Shown in pieces: positions 46,719 to 57,072 of a stretch of DNA of 64,000 nucleotides. A program made the position numbers and the translations under genes. Positions within the stretch are counted from its first letter, which is position 1. The number at the start of each line of letters is the position of its first letter. Under the pieces are notes generated by a model, which saw only the letters and a program-made list of their open reading frames with translations, made no database searches and was not told where the DNA came from. The DNA lies in the NCBI GenBank assembly GCA_016840405.1, contig JAEOSK010000001.1, positions 32,001 through 96,000 of the forward strand. Direction: 5' to 3'. The DNA is from Candidatus Hermodarchaeum yapensis. GTDB taxonomy: Archaea > Asgardarchaeota > Hermodarchaeia > Hermodarchaeales > Hermodarchaeaceae.

Positions 46719-48440
46719 ATGCCTTCACCCACGCCGTTTAACAAACTTGCTGAAGTGTCTGAAAAAATCTTGGCGACTACAAAACGCCTGGAAAAAATGG
46801 ATGCTGCAGGTTCCTTCCTCTCAAACGCTCATCCTGATGAGATAGAAGCCGCTTCGCTTCTTCTGATTGGCCGTCCATTTCCACGGACTAGTCAACGGAC
46901 ATTAGACCTTGATTGGTCAGCGCTATACAAGGTTCTTCAAGAGTTACTGCAACCGTCTTCCGAATTAATCAGTGAGTTGTTTGCACAGTCAGGTGACATT
47001 GGTGAGGTGGTTCACCAATTGTTCCTGCGTTCAGGGAAAATTCGACAAACAACACTTTTCACTGTGCCTTTATACGTTCAAGAGGTATATTCCATATTCA
47101 CAGAAATCGCTGATGTTCAGGGTCCAGGGTCACGAAAACGAAAAACAGCACTTCTACGGTCACTATTCACTCGCGCCACACCACTTGAAGCAAAGTATCT
47201 AGCCAAAATTTTGGTGGGTGACCAACGGATTGGGTTTAGTGAAGGGATGCTTGAAAGCACAATTGCGCGAAAGTTAGACCTCTCTCTCGATTTGGTCCGT
47301 CGGGCGAACATGCTGAGAGGTAACATTGGTGAGGTTGCACAAATTGCATTCACCGAGGGTGTTGAAGGTCTTGAAAAGGTCGAATTACGCCCCTTTACTC
47401 CGCTCCTACCCATGCTTGCTTCTCAAGCTGAAAATGCTGAGAATGCCCTTCAAACACATGATGGAACATCTGCGTTTGAAACGAAAATTGATGGGGCTCG
47501 AGTTCAAATTCACATGCAACATCAAAATGACACACACCAGATACGGATTTACAGCAAACGACTCACTGAAGTCACACCCAGCTTCCCTGATCTCGTTGAG
47601 CTTGTTGAACGAGAAGTGAAAACACAAAGCTGTATTCTTGAAGGTGAAGTTCTAGCGATGGATGCACAAGGACGACCTTATCCCTTTCAACACTTAATGC
47701 GACGATTCCGACGTGTACGTAATGTCGAAGAAATGATGGCTGAATTACCTGTAACCCTGTTTCTCTTCGATTTATTGATGATAGATGGTAAAGTGCTCAT
47801 TGATACACTCTACACCAGTCGACGCGAAAAACTAGACAAAGTACGGGGGACAATACCCTTAGTCGATCAATTGGTGTCCTCTAAAGTGGATGAAGTATCG
47901 GCTTTCTTTGACAAGGCCATTGAAGCTGGGCACGAGGGACTCGTAGCGAAAAGGCTCGACAGCACCTATCAGCCCGGTATCCGAGGTAAAGCTTGGCTGA
48001 AAATTAAACGGAGTATGGAAACCTTAGATTTAGTAATTATTGCTGCCGAGTGGGGAACCGGTCGGAGACATAAATGGCTCAGCGATTACCACCTAGCGGC
48101 TCAAGATCCAGAAACAGGCGAATATCATATGTTGGGAAAAACGTTCAAAGGTCTAACTGATGCTGAATTTGCAGAGATCACCCAACGGCTTTTAGAGCTG
48201 AAAATTGAACAAACGCGAGGAACCGTTAGGGTTCAACCACGAATTGTCGTTGAAGTCGAATATGATGAGATTCAACGAAGCCCAACGTATCAATCCGGTA
48301 TGGCCCTTCGGTTCGCACGAATCAAACGCCTTCGCTACGATAAAGGTCCAGAGGACGCAGATACCATACACCGGGTTCAAGCATTATATGACTCCCAGTT
48401 CTCTAGGAAAGCCTCATCAGATCTCGTAGGCCGAAGCTAA
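46719..48440 (+). CDS. lig: ATP-dependent DNA ligase
   Basis: ETKIDGAR (KxDG), EGE, FDLL, EGLVAK, WLKIK, LRFARIKRLR.DK. Confidence 0.97.
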   Translation: MPSPTPFNKLAEVSEKILATTKRLEKMDAAGSFLSNAHPDEIEAASLLLIGRPFPRTSQRTLDLDWSALYKVLQELLQPSSELISELFAQSGDIGEVVHQLFLRSGKIRQTTLFTVPLYVQEVYSIFTEIADVQGPGSRKRKTALLRSLFTRATPLEAKYLAKILVGDQRIGFSEGMLESTIARKLDLSLDLVRRANMLRGNIGEVAQIAFTEGVEGLEKVELRPFTPLLPMLASQAENAENALQTHDGTSAFETKIDGARVQIHMQHQNDTHQIRIYSKRLTEVTPSFPDLVELVEREVKTQSCILEGEVLAMDAQGRPYPFQHLMRRFRRVRNVEEMMAELPVTLFLFDLLMIDGKVLIDTLYTSRREKLDKVRGTIPLVDQLVSSKVDEVSAFFDKAIEAGHEGLVAKRLDSTYQPGIRGKAWLKIKRSMETLDLVIIAAEWGTGRRHKWLSDYHLAAQDPETGEYHMLGKTFKGLTDAEFAEITQRLLELKIEQTRGTVRVQPRIVVEVEYDEIQRSPTYQSGMALRFARIKRLRYDKGPEDADTIHRVQALYDSQFSRKASSDLVGRS

Positions 48441-48456
48441 ATTCCTCGATGATGAT

Positions 48457-51400
48457 TTAGCTCCGAAGACGGATTTCTTGAGAAGCCGAAATCCATCGAG
48501 GTCCAAGCGTTCGGTTAAAGAGTGAAATGTAACTAGCTTGATCACTAACCACGGCAACAATTTCACCCTGGTCCACTGCTGTTGGAGCAATAAGGACTTC
48601 TTCACCATCACGTGATCCTCCATAAAATTTCATTACAGGATTATCCCAAATTCGGATATTCCCTTGTTGGAGGAGTTTCTTCGCGCTTGTCTTATGTTTA
48701 TCACCATCAAGAGTAGTAATTATATGAACACGACTTTGGGGCTTGACCTTACTCAGTTCATCGATTGGCACTTCCTCAAAGGAAGGATACACCAACGTGA
48801 CTGTCTCGTTGACACGTCGAAACATTTCCAACAGATGGTTCTGAACACCCTCACAGGTTACTACTATGCCAGTTCGTTCGACCTCAGCGAGTTGAAGAGT
48901 AGAAAGCGTTTCCCATAAACCAGCTAGGATTTGTTCAGTACCAGTGGCTTGGTTCCGGAGGCGCTCTAGGATGGGCTCTGTTTTCATCGAAAAGAGCTGC
49001 AATGTATTAACTGATGTGGTTTCTGCTGATTTTGCTTTAGATGTAATTTCTTTGGCAAGAGTTTGGTATTCGGTTTTCAGAGTTTGTCGCTCTTTGCTCA
49101 ATGTCCGGCTTATCCTTCTCCCCGTTTGTTGTGTCTGAGCAACCAATCCTTCTTCTGCGGTTTCTGTGATTTGTTGTACCGCCGCTAGAATATTACTACT
49201 CCTTTGATTAATATCGGTCAATGCGGTCTCTTCGAATTGTTGCATCACCTCATTCGTATGACGAATATTATCTTGGGTGGCACGAGCCAACCGGGTCTTA
49301 ATCAAATCGAGGGATTTTGCATGGCTTTGAAGGCTTTGTTCAATATCCTGGCCAAATGCTGTTTTGAGTTTCTCATTGTCTTCATCGATAGCTTGACTTG
49401 TATCAGAAATAATTTTGCTTAGCTCTCTTTGAGAGCCAGAAAGTGTCGATGTGCTCAACTCAATAAGCTGATCTAGGGTTGCATTTACGCTATTACCTAA
49501 AGCGGATAACTTCTCTCGTAGCTGGTCTGACAGAGTGTTGGTGTGTGTAGTCAAACTACTCTGTTGAGCCTGAATTATCTCCGCACCTTTTGATACGGTT
49601 TGATTTTTGGTTTCTTCTAACACCATTTCAATTTGTTCGCTTGTAAGAACAGATCCTTCCTTTCCTTCTTCAGCAATTTGTGTCAGTTGATCGATTAATT
49701 GAGTTTGAATCGTATTAAGCTCTTCAACAAAGGATTGAAACACAGATGAACTCTCTTTACTAAGTGATGCTTGTTGGTCATCAATAGCAGTTAGCAAATT
49801 CACTTTATTCATTTCAAGCAGTTTACTTGATTCTGTGTTAATCGTTTCACTAGTGCTTCCAATTGCCTCAACCAGTTTGGAAGCAACAGTTTGTAATTGT
49901 ACAAGCTCCTGCTGGAGAGTAGACACATAGTCTTCAGTTTCATCCAAAAGTGCAGTAGCAAAGGTTCCTAAGTGTTTATCAATTGCATTTCGTTGCTCAT
50001 CAATTTTCGAAGCACAAGTTTGCCCAATATTCTCAATTATGTCCTGGGTACTAGTAATTTGGTTTTGATCAAAATTCTTTAGTTGGGTTTGAATTTCAGA
50101 AATTGTCGCAGTCACAGTCGCACTTTGTTCACGGATTAGGTCTCGCATGTGATCAACTATGTCTTCTGCGCGTTTGGTTTGTGATTCTGATTCGTTTTGA
50201 ACGCTTTCCACAAATTTGTCAGCTGTTTGACGAATTGCAGAAAGGTTGGAGTCAGTTGCTGTTTCAATCTCGTCTGACATTGTCTCCATTTTTTGCGTCA
50301 AGATGGTTTCTTGAGCGCTAATATCCTCGACTAATCCTTCCAGTAGAGTTTCTGTTTCATTAAGCTGGGCAAGGCAATCTTCTTGCATTTCATTGATTCC
50401 CTGAGTAAGTTGTTCATTGAATCCTGTTTTCTCGCGTTCAAAGGCTTGAGCTGTGGCTGTCAGTAAATTCCCTGCATCATCTCCAAAATTCGCGAGCGTC
50501 GTGGAAACATTCACCGTTGCTTGATCAACAGCCGAACCAATAGCTGTATTAAGGGCATTAAGATTCGCTGCGATATTAGACGAATAGTCATCCATTATCT
50601 TGGTAATGGGCAGCCAATAACGATCAACTCGTGTTTTCACACGCGTATCATACTTTTCAAGAGCCTCACCTAGCTTAGTTTCAAGGGCTTGAATTGTGGA
50701 GCTTACAGGAGGCGCCTGAGTATCTTGATATTCTCGGAGTTTTTCTGACAATTGAGTTCGAAGACGTTTATCTAAGCTATTTTGAAACGCAGTATTTGCT
50801 TGAACTTCCAGATCTGCATAACTGTTTGTGAGGGTTGTTTGATAGTTTTCTACTGCTGTGCTGGAACCTTTCTTCACAAGGTTGGTAAGTGTAATTTTCA
50901 AGTCATTGCTGTAATTAGCATAGAGTAGCTGTTCATGAAGGGATCTGAGTTTGGTTGCGATGTTTTTCGCATAGTCTTTTTGTTGTTTTTCAAGAATAGA
51001 TTGATAATCAACGAAGATTGACTGGGGAGTAATGACCTGGCTGTGAAGATGCTGTTCAGCTAATCCTGGGAGTAGTTCTTGAGGGAGTTGTTGCAGGGTC
51101 GAAAGTGTTTCTTCAAATATTGTTGAAATTTGTGATTCCCGGTCAGTTTGATTGCGGAGTTTCTCTCGAAATTCATCCAAAATGACAGTTAATTCGTTTG
51201 TGAGTTTATCACGAACCATCTTCTTCTCTTTTGGTAAAAGGGTCTTTGGAAGGGCAAGAACTCGGTTCACGGTTTTTTGGAATAGGGTGTCTATTTGTTT
51301 TTCTCGCTTAATCTGCCGTGATACTTTCGTTTTACAATTACGAAGATTGGCAGTTATCTGAGTTGAGAATTCTTCGTTTATTAACTCGATGAGCTTTTGG

Positions 51401-53844
51401 GTTTGCTCATCTTGTATTGTATTGAATTCTTCACGGGTCTTTTTGAAAATTGTATCAGATTGTTTGTTGAAAGCTGCGTATTGTTTTGCAGTAAAGTCTT
51501 GAAATGCTGTCAAGAGTGTATCAAGTTGTGTTTTTATGCTCAAGATGATTTTCTTGTTAATTCTCTTGAGTGCAGCTTTTGTTACTTGCTTTCTTCCAGC
51601 TAATTGGGCGGTTTTGGCTGCTTGCTTTTCCAAGGTTGTTTGTTTGTTTTTCAGTGTGGTCTTGTAACCATCTAAGGCTGCTAGGGCATTTGGAGGTATT
51701 ATTTCTGAAAGAGAGGTAGTTAGACCATTGATTACTTTTAGATCTCTGTTGGTTAACTGAGTTGAATGGGATTGAACGGCCTTAGCAATCGCTGCTTCTC
51801 GTTTATCTTGAATTTCAATAATTGAGGGCTGAAACTCTGCAATTGCGGTTTCAACTTTGGCAATCTGTTCCTGTCTTAAACGGGTTGCAGTGGTTTCAAC
51901 ACCATCAGAGTATTGTTTCACAATATTTTCAAGTTGGGAAAATTCCCTTTGCAACTCTGAGGTTGATGTGTTCGTGATTTTATTCAAGGCTGCTTTAAAT
52001 GTACGCAGCTGTTTATCTACAATTTGTTGAGTCTTGGTGGCTTTAGTGATATTTTCTGCTGCTGCCTGTTTAACTGCCTTCTGGGTTTGTCTAATCCTGT
52101 CTTGAGCATATTGACCGATTTGATCCTTAGTTGTTTTTAGGCTAACAAGCACAACGTTTCTTTCTTGGTTTACCAGTTTTTGGACCCGTTTACTAAGAGT
52201 ACGACTCTGTTCTTCTTGTAATGCAATTTTCGATTGGAAATCGGTGAGAAACGATTCAGTAGTTTTTTGGGCAGTTGTCAACCGTCGTTTTAGCCGTTTT
52301 CCAATCTGGCCTCCCATGGATTTGAAATTCTTTTGCAGAGTGGTTTGTGTTGCAGCAAAATTCTTGATTATTGATTGGAGGAGAGTGCGTACTTCAAGAA
52401 GGTGGGAAAGGTAAGCATCCCTCATTTCGATACCTAAACCTTCACTGGCGGCCTCAAGGATTTGTTCATGTTCTAATTTCACTTGTTCTGTAAGCGCGGC
52501 TAAATCAAATTTGATTTTTGAGAACTGATTAAACGTGAGTGCAGAAGGTGGCCATTGAGCAATAGTTGTGCTCGCTTCTTTATGCAACCCTTGGAATCCC
52601 CGGCTAGTGGTTTCAAATGACTTCTGCAACTCTTGAAAGAGGGAATTAGTGATTTGAACAGAAGTTTTTCGGGAGGTATTTATTGTAGTTTCCATTTCAG
52701 TTGCGGTTTTATTTGCTCTCTGTGTTAAACGGCGGCCATCTTTCTTCAGCGCCTTCTCCATTTGTACTACAGTTTCATTCAATGCCTGGGTTCGTCGCGT
52801 CCAAACATCAAAAACTTGAGTGTTGATATCTTGAATGCTCTTTGAGAGGGTTTTTTCAATGCCTGCTTGAAAAGTTTTGAGGGCTTGTTGTGATTCTTGA
52901 CTATAGGTGTCGATTTTGCTTGTAAGATCAATAGCAGTTTCGTCTGTAATTTCTGATGTACCTTCTTTTTGTGTCGTAATTCCTGCTGATAATGTCTTGA
53001 GGGTGGAATCAACACTTCTCTGGTAAACGGAGTCGGCGTCTTCAAGGTGTGATTTCACTTGTTGGGTACAGGTATCCGCTTGATTGAGTACACGGTCTGC
53101 AATTGTTGTGGTCCATTGTTCTGTTTCCTCTCTGTGAGTTTCCATCGCCTTGTTGGCATCGTCCAAAGCTAGTTTCTGGGTGTCCTCGAATTGCTTTTTT
53201 CCCTCTCCTATTGTTTGTTTAAGAGATTGTTGCAGAGCAATTGTTTGATTTGATAGTTCATCGGTGCTTGAAGCAGAAAGATTGGTCAAAGCTTTTTGAA
53301 GGTTTTCAGAAACATTGCTCAAAACAATATTTGTGGTCATCGCGGCTTCATTCAATGCAATTCCCTGTCGCTCATTCAGATGTTCCAAGGATGAACGGAT
53401 CTGTCTGGTCATGGACTGTAATTCGCTGTGTATCTCGTCTGTGGTTTTGTTTTGAAGTTTTTGTAATTCTTTCCATGACGCCCGAGTTTCCTTAGAAAAT
53501 GCTTGAACTTCATTAGCTAGTTCCTTATAGGGTGCAAAAGCTCGGTAACGAGCAACCACGCCGGGGAGCGGTTTGACCAACTGTTTCTTCACGAGTGCGG
53601 CGATTGTACTCTCGACTTTGACTAGAGGAACGCCTGAATAGAGACTTATTTCTCCGGGTGTTAGTCGGCCCATAATTAGCAAAGCCGTGTATACTCGGCT
53701 CTGTGGCTCAGAAAGTTTAAATTGGACCTGCAATGCTAAAAGCAAGTCCGGAGAAATCTCAATTGGTGCTGGGCACTGTGGAGAACTTGCCTTCTCCCTT
53801 TCTGGGGCTGGAGGGGGGTTAGAATTACCTTCTTGTGGCGTCAT
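48457..53844 (-). CDS. Giant TrmB-family protein: N-terminal wHTH, ~1500-aa helical insert, C-terminal TrmB effector-like domain
   Basis: LSEPQSRVYTALL..G.LTPGEIS..SGVP..KV...I..L.KK.LV; C-terminal GVQNHLLEMF.RVNETVTLVYP...RDGEEVLIAP. Confidence 0.85.
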   Translation of the reverse strand: MTPQEGNSNPPPAPEREKASSPQCPAPIEISPDLLLALQVQFKLSEPQSRVYTALLIMGRLTPGEISLYSGVPLVKVESTIAALVKKQLVKPLPGVVARYRAFAPYKELANEVQAFSKETRASWKELQKLQNKTTDEIHSELQSMTRQIRSSLEHLNERQGIALNEAAMTTNIVLSNVSENLQKALTNLSASSTDELSNQTIALQQSLKQTIGEGKKQFEDTQKLALDDANKAMETHREETEQWTTTIADRVLNQADTCTQQVKSHLEDADSVYQRSVDSTLKTLSAGITTQKEGTSEITDETAIDLTSKIDTYSQESQQALKTFQAGIEKTLSKSIQDINTQVFDVWTRRTQALNETVVQMEKALKKDGRRLTQRANKTATEMETTINTSRKTSVQITNSLFQELQKSFETTSRGFQGLHKEASTTIAQWPPSALTFNQFSKIKFDLAALTEQVKLEHEQILEAASEGLGIEMRDAYLSHLLEVRTLLQSIIKNFAATQTTLQKNFKSMGGQIGKRLKRRLTTAQKTTESFLTDFQSKIALQEEQSRTLSKRVQKLVNQERNVVLVSLKTTKDQIGQYAQDRIRQTQKAVKQAAAENITKATKTQQIVDKQLRTFKAALNKITNTSTSELQREFSQLENIVKQYSDGVETTATRLRQEQIAKVETAIAEFQPSIIEIQDKREAAIAKAVQSHSTQLTNRDLKVINGLTTSLSEIIPPNALAALDGYKTTLKNKQTTLEKQAAKTAQLAGRKQVTKAALKRINKKIILSIKTQLDTLLTAFQDFTAKQYAAFNKQSDTIFKKTREEFNTIQDEQTQKLIELINEEFSTQITANLRNCKTKVSRQIKREKQIDTLFQKTVNRVLALPKTLLPKEKKMVRDKLTNELTVILDEFREKLRNQTDRESQISTIFEETLSTLQQLPQELLPGLAEQHLHSQVITPQSIFVDYQSILEKQQKDYAKNIATKLRSLHEQLLYANYSNDLKITLTNLVKKGSSTAVENYQTTLTNSYADLEVQANTAFQNSLDKRLRTQLSEKLREYQDTQAPPVSSTIQALETKLGEALEKYDTRVKTRVDRYWLPITKIMDDYSSNIAANLNALNTAIGSAVDQATVNVSTTLANFGDDAGNLLTATAQAFEREKTGFNEQLTQGINEMQEDCLAQLNETETLLEGLVEDISAQETILTQKMETMSDEIETATDSNLSAIRQTADKFVESVQNESESQTKRAEDIVDHMRDLIREQSATVTATISEIQTQLKNFDQNQITSTQDIIENIGQTCASKIDEQRNAIDKHLGTFATALLDETEDYVSTLQQELVQLQTVASKLVEAIGSTSETINTESSKLLEMNKVNLLTAIDDQQASLSKESSSVFQSFVEELNTIQTQLIDQLTQIAEEGKEGSVLTSEQIEMVLEETKNQTVSKGAEIIQAQQSSLTTHTNTLSDQLREKLSALGNSVNATLDQLIELSTSTLSGSQRELSKIISDTSQAIDEDNEKLKTAFGQDIEQSLQSHAKSLDLIKTRLARATQDNIRHTNEVMQQFEETALTDINQRSSNILAAVQQITETAEEGLVAQTQQTGRRISRTLSKERQTLKTEYQTLAKEITSKAKSAETTSVNTLQLFSMKTEPILERLRNQATGTEQILAGLWETLSTLQLAEVERTGIVVTCEGVQNHLLEMFRRVNETVTLVYPSFEEVPIDELSKVKPQSRVHIITTLDGDKHKTSAKKLLQQGNIRIWDNPVMKFYGGSRDGEEVLIAPTAVDQGEIVAVVSDQASYISLFNRTLGPRWISASQEIRLRS

Positions 53845-53963
53845 ATCTTATCACCAAATCAATTCCACGGTTGCTTACGTAAGAGGTGGATGGAATCGAC
53901 TGCTGCGATAGTACTTGTTTCTCGTACCCCTCTATAAGGATGCCGCGCCTTTGATGTTAAAAT

Positions 53964-55139
53964 TTAGTAACTTTCTTTGAGCATTTGTTCTTGAGCTGCT
54001 AAAACTCCAGAACCAATGGGTACATCATAGCCAAGACGTTTCAGTACTACCTCAATGATAGCGATTGTTGCTAACACGTCTCGTTCAGTACAGATGTTCA
54101 TGTGGTTAGTTCGCCAAATCTTTCCTTTGACTGGACCTTGACCACCTGCAATGAGAATTCCCAGATTACGAACTTGATTCCGAAATTCCTTGTCAGTAAT
54201 GCCGCCTGGATATCTGACGGCTGTTACAGTGTTAGAATAAAAGGCGGGGTCAGCAAGGAGGTCAAGACCCATCCCAAGGTATCCTGCCCGAGTAATTCTT
54301 CCTAAACGGCGATGACGTTCAATTCGCTGTTCATAGCCTTCCTCAAACATTAAGGTCAGAGACTCGTGGAGTCCGTACATGAGGGTGACTGCCGAGGTGA
54401 AAGGTGAATCGCCAAAACTGTCATAGCGCTTCTTCGCCTTTACCAAATCAAGGTAGTAAGTGGGGTTCGGCTGTTTTCGAGTATCAATCTTTTTCCAGGC
54501 ACGTGAACCCACCCAGATAACTCCAAGGCCCGGTGGCACACCAAGGCATTTCTGGCTTCCTGTAACCAAAATGTCAAAATTCCACTTATCTGGATAAACG
54601 TAATCTCCACCAACAGATGTGATACCATCAACAATGAGGAGGCGGTCATAATCACGCACAATCTGGCCGATTTCTTTGGCTGGATTAAGAACACCTGTTG
54701 ACGTTTCGTTGTGACAAATCGTTACTGCCCTAATTGAAGCATCTGAAGCTAACGCTTCGCGTACAGCCTCGGGGCTAGCTGCTTGACCGTAAGTAACCTC
54801 CTGTAGTTCAGATTTTGCACCAAATGCTGTAGTAATTTCTTGCCAGCGTTCACTAAATTTTCCGTTGATCACGTTTAGAACTTTTTCGCCGGGTTCAATC
54901 GCATTTGCAATAGCCGCTTCCATCGCAGCCGTTCCCGATCCCGCAAACAATAACACGTCTTGTTCTGTCTGAAGTAACCGTTGTAGGAGTCCAACTGTCT
55001 CTTTGTAGGTGGTCTGGTACTCTTTTGTTCGATGACCATATATGACTCGTGACATCGCCCGATAAACACGTGGGTGAATCGGTACAGGTCCAGGAATCAT
55101 CAGGGTGGTAAGCTCTTCATCATACATGTTAATACACAC
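53964..55139 (-). CDS. Class V PLP aminotransferase (serine-pyruvate/alanine-glyoxylate type)
   Basis: LMIPGP, GSGT.AMEA, HNETSTGV, VDGITS, GSQKCLG.PPG. Confidence 0.93.
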   Translation of the reverse strand: MCINMYDEELTTLMIPGPVPIHPRVYRAMSRVIYGHRTKEYQTTYKETVGLLQRLLQTEQDVLLFAGSGTAAMEAAIANAIEPGEKVLNVINGKFSERWQEITTAFGAKSELQEVTYGQAASPEAVREALASDASIRAVTICHNETSTGVLNPAKEIGQIVRDYDRLLIVDGITSVGGDYVYPDKWNFDILVTGSQKCLGVPPGLGVIWVGSRAWKKIDTRKQPNPTYYLDLVKAKKRYDSFGDSPFTSAVTLMYGLHESLTLMFEEGYEQRIERHRRLGRITRAGYLGMGLDLLADPAFYSNTVTAVRYPGGITDKEFRNQVRNLGILIAGGQGPVKGKIWRTNHMNICTERDVLATIAIIEVVLKRLGYDVPIGSGVLAAQEQMLKESY

Positions 55140-55232
55140 CTGTCAACACTCATGCCCCCGCTGAACATTTTCCGTTATAAGCCTTTGTGTTAGGATTGAG
55201 TCTCAATTTTTCCTCTAATTATAAGAACTGAG

Positions 55233-56891
55233 TTATGCAGGAAAGTGACGGTATTTCAGGTAAGTTAATGCTTCGTAGAAGTATTTTCCACCAAACACAC
55301 CACTCGTTTTCAGGCCACCGAGGTGTGGGAAGAACGTGTCGAAGTGAAGATGATCAGAGTTAATGGCTACTCCTGGTGCTTCAATTTCGTCGAAGAAACG
55401 TTGCCAAATTGTTGGATCTTCGCTGTACACCGAAGTTCGAATACCGTATGGTGTATTATTCGCCTGATTCATTGCCTCTTCAAAAGTGCGAATCTTCATG
55501 ATAGGCAACACAGGCCCAAAGGTCTCTTGATACCATATCTGACACTCGAGGGGCACATCACTAAGAATAGTAGGCTTGTAAAAAAGGCCCGCCTCATCAC
55601 GTTCTCCGGAGACGTTAATTCGATAGCCACCTACTTCTAATTTAGCTCCTTTTTTCAAAGCCTCTTGGGTCATATCAATCACTTGATACAATGCCCTACT
55701 CCCAACGATGGGTAAATCGGTTTTAGGATCTGCTGGAATGCCTGGCTGCAATTGTTCACTTTCCTCGACTAGAGCTTTGATGAATTCATCATAGATGGCT
55801 TCGTGGAGAAAGAGCCGTTTGGCAGCAAGACAAATTTGTCCTGAACCAAAGAACCTCGCTTGTGTCACAAAGTTGGCTACTTTATCAATGTCAACATCTT
55901 TCCATACGAGGCTGGCTCCACTTCCAGCAAGTTCAGGTACAAAATGTATTCCTCGCTTAATCGCCTGCCCCATTAACTGTAATCCAATTTGTGAATCACC
56001 ATAGTAGACCATTGCATTCAGTGGTGCTTCGTTCACCATATACTGGGCTATTGGTCTAGCAGGTCCAATAACGGCTTGAAATGCGCTAACTGGAAAGTCT
56101 AGCGTTTTCATGGCATCACGGAGAACATAGGCAAGTTCCATATTCGTCAATGGCATCCGGGCAGGAGTTCGGGTCACATTTGCGTTCCCAGCATAGTAGG
56201 AACTTACAATCGCCGTAAATCCAAGGCCTAATGCTGCGTTGTAAGGTGGGAAAATACCGACTGCACCGAAGGGATACCTTGTTAGAATGGTCCTCTCTCC
56301 CTCGATGGAACAGGGGATTTCTTTTGGGCCTAATCGTTCAGTTATGAACTCTGCTTTTTCTTTGCAAAGCGTTTTGAAGACTTTTGTTGTCTGCCAGTCA
56401 AATAATTTGACAGGTGTCCCCTCAGCAATTCCAATTTTCTTAAACTCTTCATAATGTTTCCACATGAAATCATGTAATGAGAGGATGCTTTCCATTCGGT
56501 CCTGAAGGCTCAATCCTTTCCCGTTTTCTTCGAGTTCACGGTGCATTAATCCACGAATTTGGGCTGCTTCTTCACAAGCCTCAGCTGTTTCTTTCACTCC
56601 CCCAATGGCATACTCAGCAAAAATAATCTCATCAATTTCTTCTTTCTTTGCTTTGGGGTACCCATGGACACGAATGTGATCTTTGAGCAAACGAATTTCA
56701 GGAACTTTTTCTGGTAGCATTCCAGTGAAGTATCGTGCCGCAAATTGATTCAGAGAACTCTGATCCCGTAAAGCCATTGCAAAGAGAATTCGGGGATCAC
56801 CAATCGCCTTATTCATATCAGGAAATTTTCCAATACGTCCCTCATCGGGTTGGGATATTTCACCCTTTATCAGGTGCCCAAAGAATTGCAT
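55233..56891 (-). CDS. NAD(P)-dependent aldehyde dehydrogenase family, atypical N-terminus
   Basis: PYN, PELAG, GQIC, ETFGPVLP, NNTPYG. Confidence 0.88.
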   Translation of the reverse strand: MQFFGHLIKGEISQPDEGRIGKFPDMNKAIGDPRILFAMALRDQSSLNQFAARYFTGMLPEKVPEIRLLKDHIRVHGYPKAKKEEIDEIIFAEYAIGGVKETAEACEEAAQIRGLMHRELEENGKGLSLQDRMESILSLHDFMWKHYEEFKKIGIAEGTPVKLFDWQTTKVFKTLCKEKAEFITERLGPKEIPCSIEGERTILTRYPFGAVGIFPPYNAALGLGFTAIVSSYYAGNANVTRTPARMPLTNMELAYVLRDAMKTLDFPVSAFQAVIGPARPIAQYMVNEAPLNAMVYYGDSQIGLQLMGQAIKRGIHFVPELAGSGASLVWKDVDIDKVANFVTQARFFGSGQICLAAKRLFLHEAIYDEFIKALVEESEQLQPGIPADPKTDLPIVGSRALYQVIDMTQEALKKGAKLEVGGYRINVSGERDEAGLFYKPTILSDVPLECQIWYQETFGPVLPIMKIRTFEEAMNQANNTPYGIRTSVYSEDPTIWQRFFDEIEAPGVAINSDHLHFDTFFPHLGGLKTSGVFGGKYFYEALTYLKYRHFPA

Positions 56892-57072
56892 GATAAAACG
56901 CCTTCTAGTTGTTGGTGGAATGTTGCGAGTTTGATAGAAGCTCGAAAGTACCTGTTCTTATGCATATCACTTACTCAAGAATTCTGCTTTCATCAGAACA
57001 GCTTTAATTGTTGAAAAAGGTAATCCTAACAGTTCCTTGAAAAACCCTAACTTGACAGGTGGAATTCGTGAA

